From: an uncultured Gammaproteobacteria bacterium | Lineage (GTDB): Bacteria; Pseudomonadota; Gammaproteobacteria; CAYSGV01 | Reading direction: 5' to 3' | Assembly (NCBI GenBank): GCA_964430685.1 | Contig: CAYSGV010000001.1 | Location: 1-62,245, forward strand | DNA length: 62,245 nucleotides | Part shown: positions 10,195-18,880 of the stretch, piece by piece | Position numbering within the stretch: the stretch's first letter is position 1 | Layout: every line of letters starts with the position of its first letter | Notes under the pieces: model-generated | Told to the model about the DNA's origin: nothing | Database searches by the model: none | Seen by the model: the letters and a program-made list of their open reading frames with translations, nothing else | Made by a program: the position numbers and the translations under genes

Positions 10195-10548
10195 ATGAAA
10201 AAAACAAATGAAACACAAGCAACTGAGGAACAAACAGCTTATGCGAATAAAGTATTGAAGCGTTACGGCATTGATAGCGCAGTAACCCAAATATTTAAGG
10301 ATTTACAAAGTTATAACACAGCAGTGCAAACGGGTAATCGTACAACCGTTAATATGGAAGCTGTAAAGCAAAATATAAGAGACCTTGAATATTCTCTAGG
10401 AAAGCTACAGGATATTGTACCGCATTCAGGCAATCCAGCATTGCAATCTGCGGTAAAAAACCTGGAAAGCAATGTAAATCAATTTAATAAAATTGTTCAA
10501 ATACATGACGAGAGACTGGCCCAAGGATATGCGCCAAGAGGAGGCTGA
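10195..10548 (+). CDS. hypothetical small helical protein
   Basis: 117-aa ORF with GAGGTG SD 7 nt upstream. Confidence 0.5.
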   Translation: MKKTNETQATEEQTAYANKVLKRYGIDSAVTQIFKDLQSYNTAVQTGNRTTVNMEAVKQNIRDLEYSLGKLQDIVPHSGNPALQSAVKNLESNVNQFNKIVQIHDERLAQGYAPRGG

Positions 10549-11020
10549 TAATACCTTACAAACAAGGAATAATAGAGTCTTCTGACATAGTCGCCGGAAA
10601 GTTTCATTCGTTATACAATGGACGACTTTAACGGCTAAATTTTTTGCCTATTAGAAGATGTACTATTCGGTCCATAATATGTAGATCTACAATTGATGTT
10701 TAAATAGCTCTAGGTTAGACGAGTCCTTGCCGTCTAGACTTGCCTTTAAAGCTGTGGAAAAAAATTACAAGCAACGAAACCAACTTTAAATCTCAATACA
10801 GAAAATACTCCAAAAAGACTAATGTAGTCTCGTTTGCATGCTAGTAATCATTTGCGCAGCTATTTCTAAAGCCATATTCACAGGTATTCTCCCCTACCCT
10901 CTCCTGAAACTCTTAATTGAAGTTGGCAATAATTATCCGCAATTGCATTCTATACTTATATTGAAAAGCTTAAATTAATTTAAACAGACATTAACAAAAT
11001 ATTAAGCGAGGAACTACTAT

Positions 11021-11449
11021 ATGGATACATCTGAAAAAAATGCCAAAACAAATTTAAAAGTTGTTCCCTATACTCTACAACCAAACAACAAACTCTTGCT
11101 AAAAGTATTCAATGAAATTGCAGAGCAAGTTGAATCGGCATTATTAAGCGAGGATCTAAAGCTAAAGTGCTGCGTTATCGATACTATTCACTGGCATATG
11201 ATAGGTTGGGCTTGGTATGAAGCATCTAAAATGAAACCCGGCGATGACATAGAATCAAAATCGGAACCACATATCCTAGCCATGTATATATGGAAAGCTT
11301 TGTTAGAATCAAAAGAAAAATTTAATGAGAAATATCGCTATATTAAATTTCCTAAAAGTATGCTGGCGCCTGACTTTATTTGGACTAGATATTTATTAGC
11401 ATCTTTGGCTAATCCTCAAGCATTAATGAAATATAGAGGTGACATATGA
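11021..11449 (+). CDS. small protein, member 2 of the local family
   Basis: FPKSMLAPDFIWTRYLLASLANPQALMKY. Central IGWAWYEA is similar to IGWAFHMD of member 1. GAGGA SD. Confidence 0.6.
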   Translation: MDTSEKNAKTNLKVVPYTLQPNNKLLLKVFNEIAEQVESALLSEDLKLKCCVIDTIHWHMIGWAWYEASKMKPGDDIESKSEPHILAMYIWKALLESKEKFNEKYRYIKFPKSMLAPDFIWTRYLLASLANPQALMKYRGDI

Positions 11450-11892
11450 CTTTACATGTTATCCAAAAGAACAAATCATATTACGAAAAACAATACCAAG
11501 AACGAGTAAAAAATGAATTCGAGAGAATGTCAATAAACGTTGAATATTTACTTTCATTAGATGGCAGTGCATACAATGCACAATTAAAACAAGACGTAAG
11601 AGAGCAAATATTATTGGCAACGATACCAGAATTAATATCTATTCCTATTCGTGAATTTTTATGTATGCGCTTATGGGCGGCTTTATTAAATCCTAGAAGA
11701 AGAATCTGGGAACGTAAAAGATTTTTGGAACAAGGCATCATATCCGACCATAGAGGTTATGAGTTCATCCTTCCTAACTATATGCTAAATCCAAATTTTA
11801 TTTGGACGCGCTATGCGCTTAGGTCATTATCATTTTACAGATATTCTAATGAAGAAATTATATATGTGACTCAAAAAATTGATGAAAGATGA
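11446..11892 (+). CDS. small protein, divergent member 3 of the local family
   Basis: LPNYMLNPNFIWTRYALRSLSFYRY. ATGA overlap with the preceding member indicates translational coupling. Confidence 0.55.
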   Translation: MTLHVIQKNKSYYEKQYQERVKNEFERMSINVEYLLSLDGSAYNAQLKQDVREQILLATIPELISIPIREFLCMRLWAALLNPRRRIWERKRFLEQGIISDHRGYEFILPNYMLNPNFIWTRYALRSLSFYRYSNEEIIYVTQKIDER

Positions 11893-12164
11893 TTTACTGC
11901 TTAAGCCCAATCTACAAATTTTAGATATGAAATTGAACATATATATTTTTCGTTTATTAAGTTAACCTTAAATTTAAGAGACAATTTTCACATAAAAAAG
12001 TTCAATAAATATTTTTCTTTTTTATGCATAAAATTATCATTTTTTTATCATGCTATATTTTGCGCCTTCTATACTTAAACTATGCGAATTAATGTCAGCT
12101 AGTCCTAATGATTAGTTACCGCGAAATAACAAATTATCAGTTTAATGATGGAGGTTGTAAAACA

Positions 12165-13655
12165 ATGCACATTGTAACAGAACTCGGTAATATATTAAAA
12201 AGATTAATTTACCCATTGCCCGGGATAGATTATGCACGCAAAGTTATGCATCAATTACACATTCCCCTCGAAGGGACAATGCTTGAGGCAGAATTGAAAG
12301 ATACGAATAGTGCTTCCTATAAAGAAATGGAAAACATTAATGCTCTCGAATTTTATTTCGAACAAGATTTAAATGATAGAAAAGAAATAGCTAGTTATTT
12401 TGATGCTGAACGTATAAATCAACTAGTAGCTTCGGTACAAAATGATCAAATTAAATCTGAAGAAGAACAAAAAATGGCACGTGAAGAGCAACATCGAGAT
12501 GCCGTACGTGAAACGGAACGATCATTGGAACAACTCACGAAACAACAGTTAAAAGATGAACAAGCCACAATCAAACAATTAATTGACAACCAGAATAATA
12601 ATATATCTATTATTCAGTCAAACATAATAGAGAAAAAATCAAGAATAACACACATATTAACTGATAAAGATAACAAAGATATTCTATTCACTCAAAACTT
12701 AGCTACTCAATTAGATAGGGAAACCCGTGAAACTTTTGCTGTTGCTAGAACTGAAATACATGAATTTGCTGCTAATAATAATTTGAGGGTAGATGATCCT
12801 AGCGTTATAAAAGCTGAAGCTGCTCTTCAAAAAATAGAAGACGATGTTGCTAAAAGGGAACAACGATTAGAAAAAGCTCCTGAAGTTATGAGAGCAGCTT
12901 ATAAAGATGCAGGTAAAGATGTACCTGATGATGTGGTTGTAGGGCACATGCAAAATCTATTAAAAAGGTTAAACAAAAGACAAGCTGTCGATAATGGCGC
13001 ACATGAATTAGAAGCCGCTGGCCCAGTTGGTAAACATGCTTTAGAGAAGCTTAACGCAAAAGACAAAGAACATGCTGAAGGGCATAAGAAACAGATTAAA
13101 GAATTCCGCCTTGGTGAAAATAGTAGTTTAAAAGAAATGAGAACGCTAAAGGATGAAGTAAAACAGTTAAAAGCAGAAGAACAAGAAGCTGTTAAAGAAT
13201 TAGCAGTTCTGCATGTACGTCAAGACGCTGTTGACCAAAGATTACATACGATTGAAGTCCAAGAACAAGCTCAAACTTTACAAAGTAGGCCAGCGCCTAC
13301 TGAAAGAGAAAAAATGACAGCAGTGGATGGATTAAAATCCAAACAAGATGAAGGCACTGTACTAAGTGCAAACAAAATGGGTGATGAAGAAAGGAAAACA
13401 AAAAGATCAGATTTGCTTGCTGAATTTGATGAAGAAGAACCTAGATCAGAGCCATCTCCCTCACAATCGTCTCTAGAGCAACATTTACCAGCAACAAATG
13501 GTAAAGAAGGTAAATCAGCTCAACATACCGCAGCACCTGTATCGAATTCTGGAATAGAAGAAAGAAAAGCTAAAAGAGACGATCTACTTGAATTAGATGA
13601 CACCGATGAGGAGGATAAGGGAAATCAATCCCCTCCTCCTGCTCCACATATGTAA
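12165..13655 (+). CDS. coiled-coil, Glu/Lys-rich effector-like protein
   Basis: Long charged heptad-like sequence with an acidic/Pro-rich tail. ATG 12165 preferred over 12108 because GGAGG lies 10 nt upstream. Confidence 0.55.
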   Translation: MHIVTELGNILKRLIYPLPGIDYARKVMHQLHIPLEGTMLEAELKDTNSASYKEMENINALEFYFEQDLNDRKEIASYFDAERINQLVASVQNDQIKSEEEQKMAREEQHRDAVRETERSLEQLTKQQLKDEQATIKQLIDNQNNNISIIQSNIIEKKSRITHILTDKDNKDILFTQNLATQLDRETRETFAVARTEIHEFAANNNLRVDDPSVIKAEAALQKIEDDVAKREQRLEKAPEVMRAAYKDAGKDVPDDVVVGHMQNLLKRLNKRQAVDNGAHELEAAGPVGKHALEKLNAKDKEHAEGHKKQIKEFRLGENSSLKEMRTLKDEVKQLKAEEQEAVKELAVLHVRQDAVDQRLHTIEVQEQAQTLQSRPAPTEREKMTAVDGLKSKQDEGTVLSANKMGDEERKTKRSDLLAEFDEEEPRSEPSPSQSSLEQHLPATNGKEGKSAQHTAAPVSNSGIEERKAKRDDLLELDDTDEEDKGNQSPPPAPHM

Positions 13656-13692
13656 CTAAGTGTTCTACACTACATTACTAGCAATAAATCTT

Positions 13693-15327
13693 TTATACCT
13701 TAGGTGGTGATGGTGGGTTATAAAGCAACGGAGCCTGCCCTTGTCCTAATCCTGCTCGAGGAGCAATCGTATCCCCTCCCCTCGGGATTGGTATAAATGG
13801 TGTTTTATAGCCCGTTCCAACAACATCCTTTGTTTGTGTAGCATGTGGTACAACGGCTATGGTAGGAGTTACTACGGCCGCTTTTTCGTCTGCGGCTTTT
13901 GCTTCTCTTAATTTAGCCATAATGTATTTAAATGTTGCAGTGTGCTCTGGTGTTTTTGCTTCTTTTGCAGCCTGCAGATCTGATTTTTCTATATTTTCTT
14001 CGATTCCCATCTTGAATTCTTCAATCAGGCATTTTACTGCTGCTTCGTGTCCTGCGCGTACAGCCAAACCAAGTGCACTGATGTTATCTAAGCGAGCAGT
14101 CATATTAAGTTTGGGAAACAACTCCTTACAAAGTCTTAGTACAGTCAGATCCCCTCTTGCAAGAGCCTCAAACATCACACGTACACCAATGATTTCATCT
14201 CTAGCCCTAGCTGGATATTTTTCGAGTAGCCATTTTACAAACTGAATGTGGTTACTACGTAATGCAATATAGACGCTACCGAAATTTAAATCATCGATAT
14301 CTTGGTTAAATTCTTTAATTAAACAATCAATAGCTTCTTTATTGCCAAACATGACTGCACCTTCCATTGGCCCCATGTTATTTCCATTACGTTTATTTGG
14401 ATTAATTTGTGGAAATTTTTTGCAATAGCGTAACAACTCTGGTTTGTTCTCACTGGCTGCAACAAATACTAGATTTTGTCCAGAAGCATCACAAGTGGTT
14501 GGGTCAATACCTTTTTCTTCGATTAACCATCTTACCAATTCTATCTTTCCAGCTCGTGCAGCAGACAAAACAGGCGTATCTCCACCAGGACCATAAGAAG
14601 CTCGATGTATATCGGCCCCTTGACGCATGTATGTTTCAATTAAATCTTTTCTTCCCGCATGTGCAGCATCGAAAAGCTCTTTTGCAAATGGTAATATTTT
14701 CTTTGAAGCTGGTACTTTCAAAGCAGGATTTGTAATTCTGCTACGTAAATAGTTAAGCGTTCGCTCACTACCCATGTTTGCCGCATTATCTAAAGTTTCT
14801 TGAGTTACCACTTTATTAAGGTCAACACCATGTGCCTCAATCCATTGTACTGCATCGAGTGTATCCTCTAGCGGAATAACATAATTTATAATATGCCTTT
14901 TACCTTTTGTTTCTTCAAACAAATCGGGTTGCTTTTTCTTCATTTCATTAAAAAATTCTAATAAATGGATATGATTATATGTCGCCGCTAGTAAGAAAAG
15001 ATCGTAAGCTAATTCGTCACTTATTTTATCTTTACTTTTTATTAAATTCGGATCTGTAGCGAGCAACTTCTGAACTAATGGTAAATTCCCAACTATCACA
15101 GCATCTACAATTTGCTGACTTGGCGTTTTTGCATTCGCTGCAGATTGCTTGGCTGGTGGCGGAGGTAATGGTTTGGAAACAGAGGCAGCGGGTTTAGATG
15201 CTGCAGATGGCGGTACAGCAGAGGCGCCTCCTCTATTACCATTAGCAGCATTTGAGCGGCTCTCAAGTGGCGCCGATGGCATTGCTACGGGATTAACAGG
15301 ACCAGCGACAGGGGTTCTTTTATTCAT
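13693..15327 (-). CDS. multi-ankyrin-repeat protein with Pro/Ala-rich N-terminus
   Basis: Several ANK units, e.g. GDTPVLSAARAGKIELVRWLIEEKGIDP, SGQNLVFVAASENKPELLRY, ISALGLAVRAGHEAAVKCLIEE. GGAGG SD 7 nt upstream of the ATG. Confidence 0.8.
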   Translation of the reverse strand: MNKRTPVAGPVNPVAMPSAPLESRSNAANGNRGGASAVPPSAASKPAASVSKPLPPPPAKQSAANAKTPSQQIVDAVIVGNLPLVQKLLATDPNLIKSKDKISDELAYDLFLLAATYNHIHLLEFFNEMKKKQPDLFEETKGKRHIINYVIPLEDTLDAVQWIEAHGVDLNKVVTQETLDNAANMGSERTLNYLRSRITNPALKVPASKKILPFAKELFDAAHAGRKDLIETYMRQGADIHRASYGPGGDTPVLSAARAGKIELVRWLIEEKGIDPTTCDASGQNLVFVAASENKPELLRYCKKFPQINPNKRNGNNMGPMEGAVMFGNKEAIDCLIKEFNQDIDDLNFGSVYIALRSNHIQFVKWLLEKYPARARDEIIGVRVMFEALARGDLTVLRLCKELFPKLNMTARLDNISALGLAVRAGHEAAVKCLIEEFKMGIEENIEKSDLQAAKEAKTPEHTATFKYIMAKLREAKAADEKAAVVTPTIAVVPHATQTKDVVGTGYKTPFIPIPRGGDTIAPRAGLGQGQAPLLYNPPSPPKV

Positions 15328-15592
15328 GTGAGCACCTCCAAGTACGGTTGTTATTGAAAGTAAGATACTAAATATGGCTAATATTGGTATTTTTTAGGTA
15401 TTAGCCGGCCAATTACTAAGGACAGTTTTCAGCGTTTATACCATTTTTCATGTCACGGGTAAAGTCATGATTTTGATGTAATTCAATCAATATCCTATTA
15501 AAAATTGGTTCAAAGCTGCAGATTCTTTACTCAGCTATACTTTGAAGTAGGCAATAAATTTAGCGGGCTAGCTACTTTTAGGAGATATTCTC

Positions 15593-16099
15593 ATGCAAAC
15601 AAATTTTTCAAAAGATGAAATCATTGTCCTTTTAAAAAAATTTGGCATTTCAATCAAAGAAGAATATGAAAAAGAATTAGATGATCCGAACAACCCTTTC
15701 TTTAAGGAACTAGAAAACGCAACTTTATCCTTTGAACAGAATAACCAATTGATCAAATCATTAAATGACAGCCATTCTATACGCGATCAAATTGTTAGAA
15801 AAAATATACAACAGCTGATAAATAATGCAATTGCAAATACCAAAGACTCCTTAGATCTAAAGAAAAGTGGTGAATTAGGAAAAAGTCTTGCTGTTCAATT
15901 TAATTTAGATCGCCTAGCGAATGCAGCAGCGATTAAAAAAGAGCTTTTAGATGACGGTAAACAACTAGATGAGGATACGCAACTACTACATAAATTAAGA
16001 GACGAAGAAAAGCTAATAGATGAAAAATTAAAAGTACTTGATATCAAAGAACAAGAAGTATTGAAATTATTGCCACCATCGACAAATACAAAACAGTAG
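15593..16099 (+). CDS. coiled-coil hypothetical protein
   Basis: 168-aa charged helical ORF with AGGAG SD upstream. Confidence 0.5.
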   Translation: MQTNFSKDEIIVLLKKFGISIKEEYEKELDDPNNPFFKELENATLSFEQNNQLIKSLNDSHSIRDQIVRKNIQQLINNAIANTKDSLDLKKSGELGKSLAVQFNLDRLANAAAIKKELLDDGKQLDEDTQLLHKLRDEEKLIDEKLKVLDIKEQEVLKLLPPSTNTKQ

Positions 16100-16100
16100 C

Positions 16101-16334
16101 TTAAAGCTTATAACCTCGAGTTTGCCTTTTTCTGCTAATTTTTTGAATTATATTTGCCCCTTCTTCAGCAGAGCTGCAATATACCCTCTTTCGGCCTGTA
16201 CGTTTACTACCTAGCCCACCCCACAACTGTATAACAACCCATTCACCCCATAAATCCTGACAAAGACAAGCCGTATAGCGTCTTCTGGATAATGGGTTGA
16301 CCCAATGTAGACTCACCCATTTATCATGCTCCAT
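16101..16334 (-). CDS. WGR-domain small protein
   Basis: RRYTACLCQDLWGEWVVIQLWGGLGSKRTGRKRVY fits the WGR pattern (RfY...dLfg.w.v...WGriG..G). Overlaps the 3' end of the recombinase-like gene by 11 nt. Confidence 0.6.
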   Translation of the reverse strand: MEHDKWVSLHWVNPLSRRRYTACLCQDLWGEWVVIQLWGGLGSKRTGRKRVYCSSAEEGANIIQKISRKRQTRGYKL

Positions 16335-16896
16335 TACTTCCCTTCGATTGTTTTAAATAGGTATATAGGGTTGGACGACTAATTTGAAATTTATGACATA
16401 AATCCTGTATTGGCATATCTGCTTGAGTATGAAGTTTTCTGAGCAATAACTGTTGTCTAGTATTAAGCATTTTCGGTCTACCACCCTTTTGGCTGCGCGC
16501 TCGCGCCATATCTCGCCCAATTTGACTACGTTCCAAAATAATAGCTTTTTCAAATCCAGCCAGTACTTCTATAAGTCGATACATAGCGTTTACATTCACT
16601 GTCAGATTGATTTTCTCTTCTAAGCTTATTAACGCTATGCCCTTATGGTGAAGAGCAATAATAAACTCGATGAGATGTGACAAAGAGGTCCCTACCCTAT
16701 CCAATTTCCATACAACCAATGTATCCCCCTTTTTTAAAAGGGTTAGCGCATGATTAAGGCCAGGTCTAATTGTTTTTATGCCTTTGGCAATATCTGTAAA
16801 AATCATTTTACAACCAGCTTGGCGTAGCGCTTTTTTTTGTTGATTAAAACTTAGGTCGGCGGTAGCAATTCTTGCATAGCCCACTTTTCGTCCCAT
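16324..16896 (-). CDS. resolvase/invertase-family (serine recombinase) homologue with substituted catalytic residues
   Basis: MGRKVGYARIATADL...GDTLVVWKLDRVGTSLSHL...C-terminal HTH ISRPTLYTYLK. Family consensus YARVST and DRLGR are here YARIAT (codon GCT, + strand 16864-16866) and DRVGT. Confidence 0.75.
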   Translation of the reverse strand: MGRKVGYARIATADLSFNQQKKALRQAGCKMIFTDIAKGIKTIRPGLNHALTLLKKGDTLVVWKLDRVGTSLSHLIEFIIALHHKGIALISLEEKINLTVNVNAMYRLIEVLAGFEKAIILERSQIGRDMARARSQKGGRPKMLNTRQQLLLRKLHTQADMPIQDLCHKFQISRPTLYTYLKQSKGSNGA

Positions 16897-16906
16897 AGAT
16901 TAAGAC

Positions 16907-17098
16907 CTAACAATTTTGCTCATCTTTATGGCCTTTATCATCATTTTCACCTAAGGGTTGACGGCAAGTTGGACACATTCTTATTTTTCGGTGTGGGGAA
17001 TCTTTACGGGCATCAAAAAAGTTAACCGCATAGCAATCACCACACCAGCTACTTTCCATCCACATAGGATTACCACATTCATGTTTAATTAGTTGCAC
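16907..17098 (-). CDS. small zinc-ribbon protein
   Basis: Cys pairs ECGN / CGDC / CPTC. GTG start with AGGAG 6 nt upstream. Confidence 0.45.
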   Translation of the reverse strand: MQLIKHECGNPMWMESSWCGDCYAVNFFDARKDSPHRKIRMCPTCRQPLGENDDKGHKDEQNC

Positions 17099-17191
17099 GC
17101 CCTACTCCTTTTATTATAAAAACTCATACAGTATATACTATTTTCTAACTTAGATAAATAGATGGGTTTTTTTACTACAATGAGTAATGCT

Positions 17192-17869
17192 TTATTTTAT
17201 GATGGGTTTAGAGTTTTCTATGGGCTGTATACAATCTTTAGCATTATACCGAGAATTACTGACTTTACGTGTTACAGGATAAAGCTCTAAATCTTCCATA
17301 TCCCTCTGTAACATTTTATTAATTAGTTCCGAGTTGTTATTTTTTAGATCCAACCATTGATTATAATCATCAGGATGTATGATTACGGGCATCCGATGAT
17401 GTACGGCTTGAATCGATTTATTCGCATTGGAAGTAATGATTGCGCAACTTACTATTTTTTTATCTTGATCTGACCACTGCTCCCAAATACCAGCCATGGC
17501 CAATGGTTTGTTATCTTTTTTATGAAAATAATAGGGCTGTCTCGTTTCACTATGCCATTCATAAAATCCATCTGCAATAATTAGGCATCGTCTGTATAGA
17601 ACGGCCTTTCTAAAGGCTGGCTTTGTGTTAAGCGTTTCTGCTCTAGCATTGATAAGCAATGGAATTTTTTGATTCTCTTTTTGCCAAAAAGGAATTAAAC
17701 CCCACCGCATAAACTGCAACACTCTGTGTTCTTCAGGCAATTGGCAAACAACCAGGATTTCTTGCGTGGGTGCAACATTATAGGATGGTGTATATGAAAC
17801 TTTTTCTCTAATTGAAAAAGTCTCATCAATTATACCTGGTCCAGAATACAATGCAAAACGTCCACACAT
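17192..17869 (-). CDS. yedK: SOS-response-associated peptidase (SRAP/YedK family, abasic-site processing)
   Basis: Starts MCGRFALY with the invariant Cys2, so ATG 17869 is preferred to the track start 17905. Downstream ...NARAET...PAFR...RRCLI.ADGFYEW is typical of SRAP. Confidence 0.85.
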   Translation of the reverse strand: MCGRFALYSGPGIIDETFSIREKVSYTPSYNVAPTQEILVVCQLPEEHRVLQFMRWGLIPFWQKENQKIPLLINARAETLNTKPAFRKAVLYRRCLIIADGFYEWHSETRQPYYFHKKDNKPLAMAGIWEQWSDQDKKIVSCAIITSNANKSIQAVHHRMPVIIHPDDYNQWLDLKNNNSELINKMLQRDMEDLELYPVTRKVSNSRYNAKDCIQPIENSKPIIK

Positions 17870-18070
17870 ATCTTTAAAACCTTTTAATATACTTGCTATA
17901 TTCACAATTCAACGGATTATTATTTTAGCGGCTTACGAGTCCTCAAACTAGCTTTTTAGGCTTCTTCCAACTAAGCATTGCTCAAAGGTTATAATTCTAG
18001 CCTATAATTAACAAAGAGAAATTTAAATATTAGAAAAGATACCTTAAGACAACGTAAAATAGGACTATAT

Positions 18071-18703
18071 ATGAATACAAATAACCTATCAAGGGAACAA
18101 CAAGAAATCTTGGGGAAAGGTAGGAAGATAGCAGAAGAAATTGGTCTTAGCATGACAGATATCAAACTTCTTGAGCTATTACAATATCTTTCTCCCCTAT
18201 GGTATTTATTTGAAAAAGATATACTGCCTCTACTTAAAGATGTACTTGAGATGCTCTCACAAACACCAATAACAACTCAGACCACAGACGATAAAGCAAG
18301 AAATTTTCTACTCGTAGAAAATTACAGACAAAAGATGCTAAAAAAATTAAGAGAGAACCCTCAATATTTTACAAAAAAATTTGATTATGGGGAAGTAACT
18401 ACAAAAGATGCGGAAAGATGGATTAACAAATTATCATTTGAAAACCCTATTCATGTCCTATACGCACAAAAAGATGCAGAGGATGAATTGCTCTCAAAAC
18501 GATGGCAAGTACAGAAAAACGCACTTTATAAACTCCTCAATCAACAAAATAGTCTGCTTAAAAAGGCTAAAGATTGCCGTGGCACACCTATGCATGAACA
18601 AATCATGCAAAAAGTTAATAAAAACGCTAAAAAAAGAGAAAAAATAATCTCCGAAATGGAACTTGACGATCTTTATTTTTCTGATCTCTACCACACACAG
18701 TAA
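18071..18703 (+). CDS. hypothetical helical protein
   Basis: 210-aa ORF, no recognisable motif. Confidence 0.45.
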   Translation: MNTNNLSREQQEILGKGRKIAEEIGLSMTDIKLLELLQYLSPLWYLFEKDILPLLKDVLEMLSQTPITTQTTDDKARNFLLVENYRQKMLKKLRENPQYFTKKFDYGEVTTKDAERWINKLSFENPIHVLYAQKDAEDELLSKRWQVQKNALYKLLNQQNSLLKKAKDCRGTPMHEQIMQKVNKNAKKREKIISEMELDDLYFSDLYHTQ

Positions 18704-18880
18704 CGCTGCATCGTTATAAATAACCATTTAGAGTATATCCCTAGCAATATCTTTTGAATGAATCTAAGAAAATCTAATTACCCCGTGTCTATAATATGTC
18801 TCGTTTAAGTGTTAAATAATCATTAAAAATGCTTATCGATGCTCATCGGTTACCACCAAAAAATTAGATCTATTGCTAAC

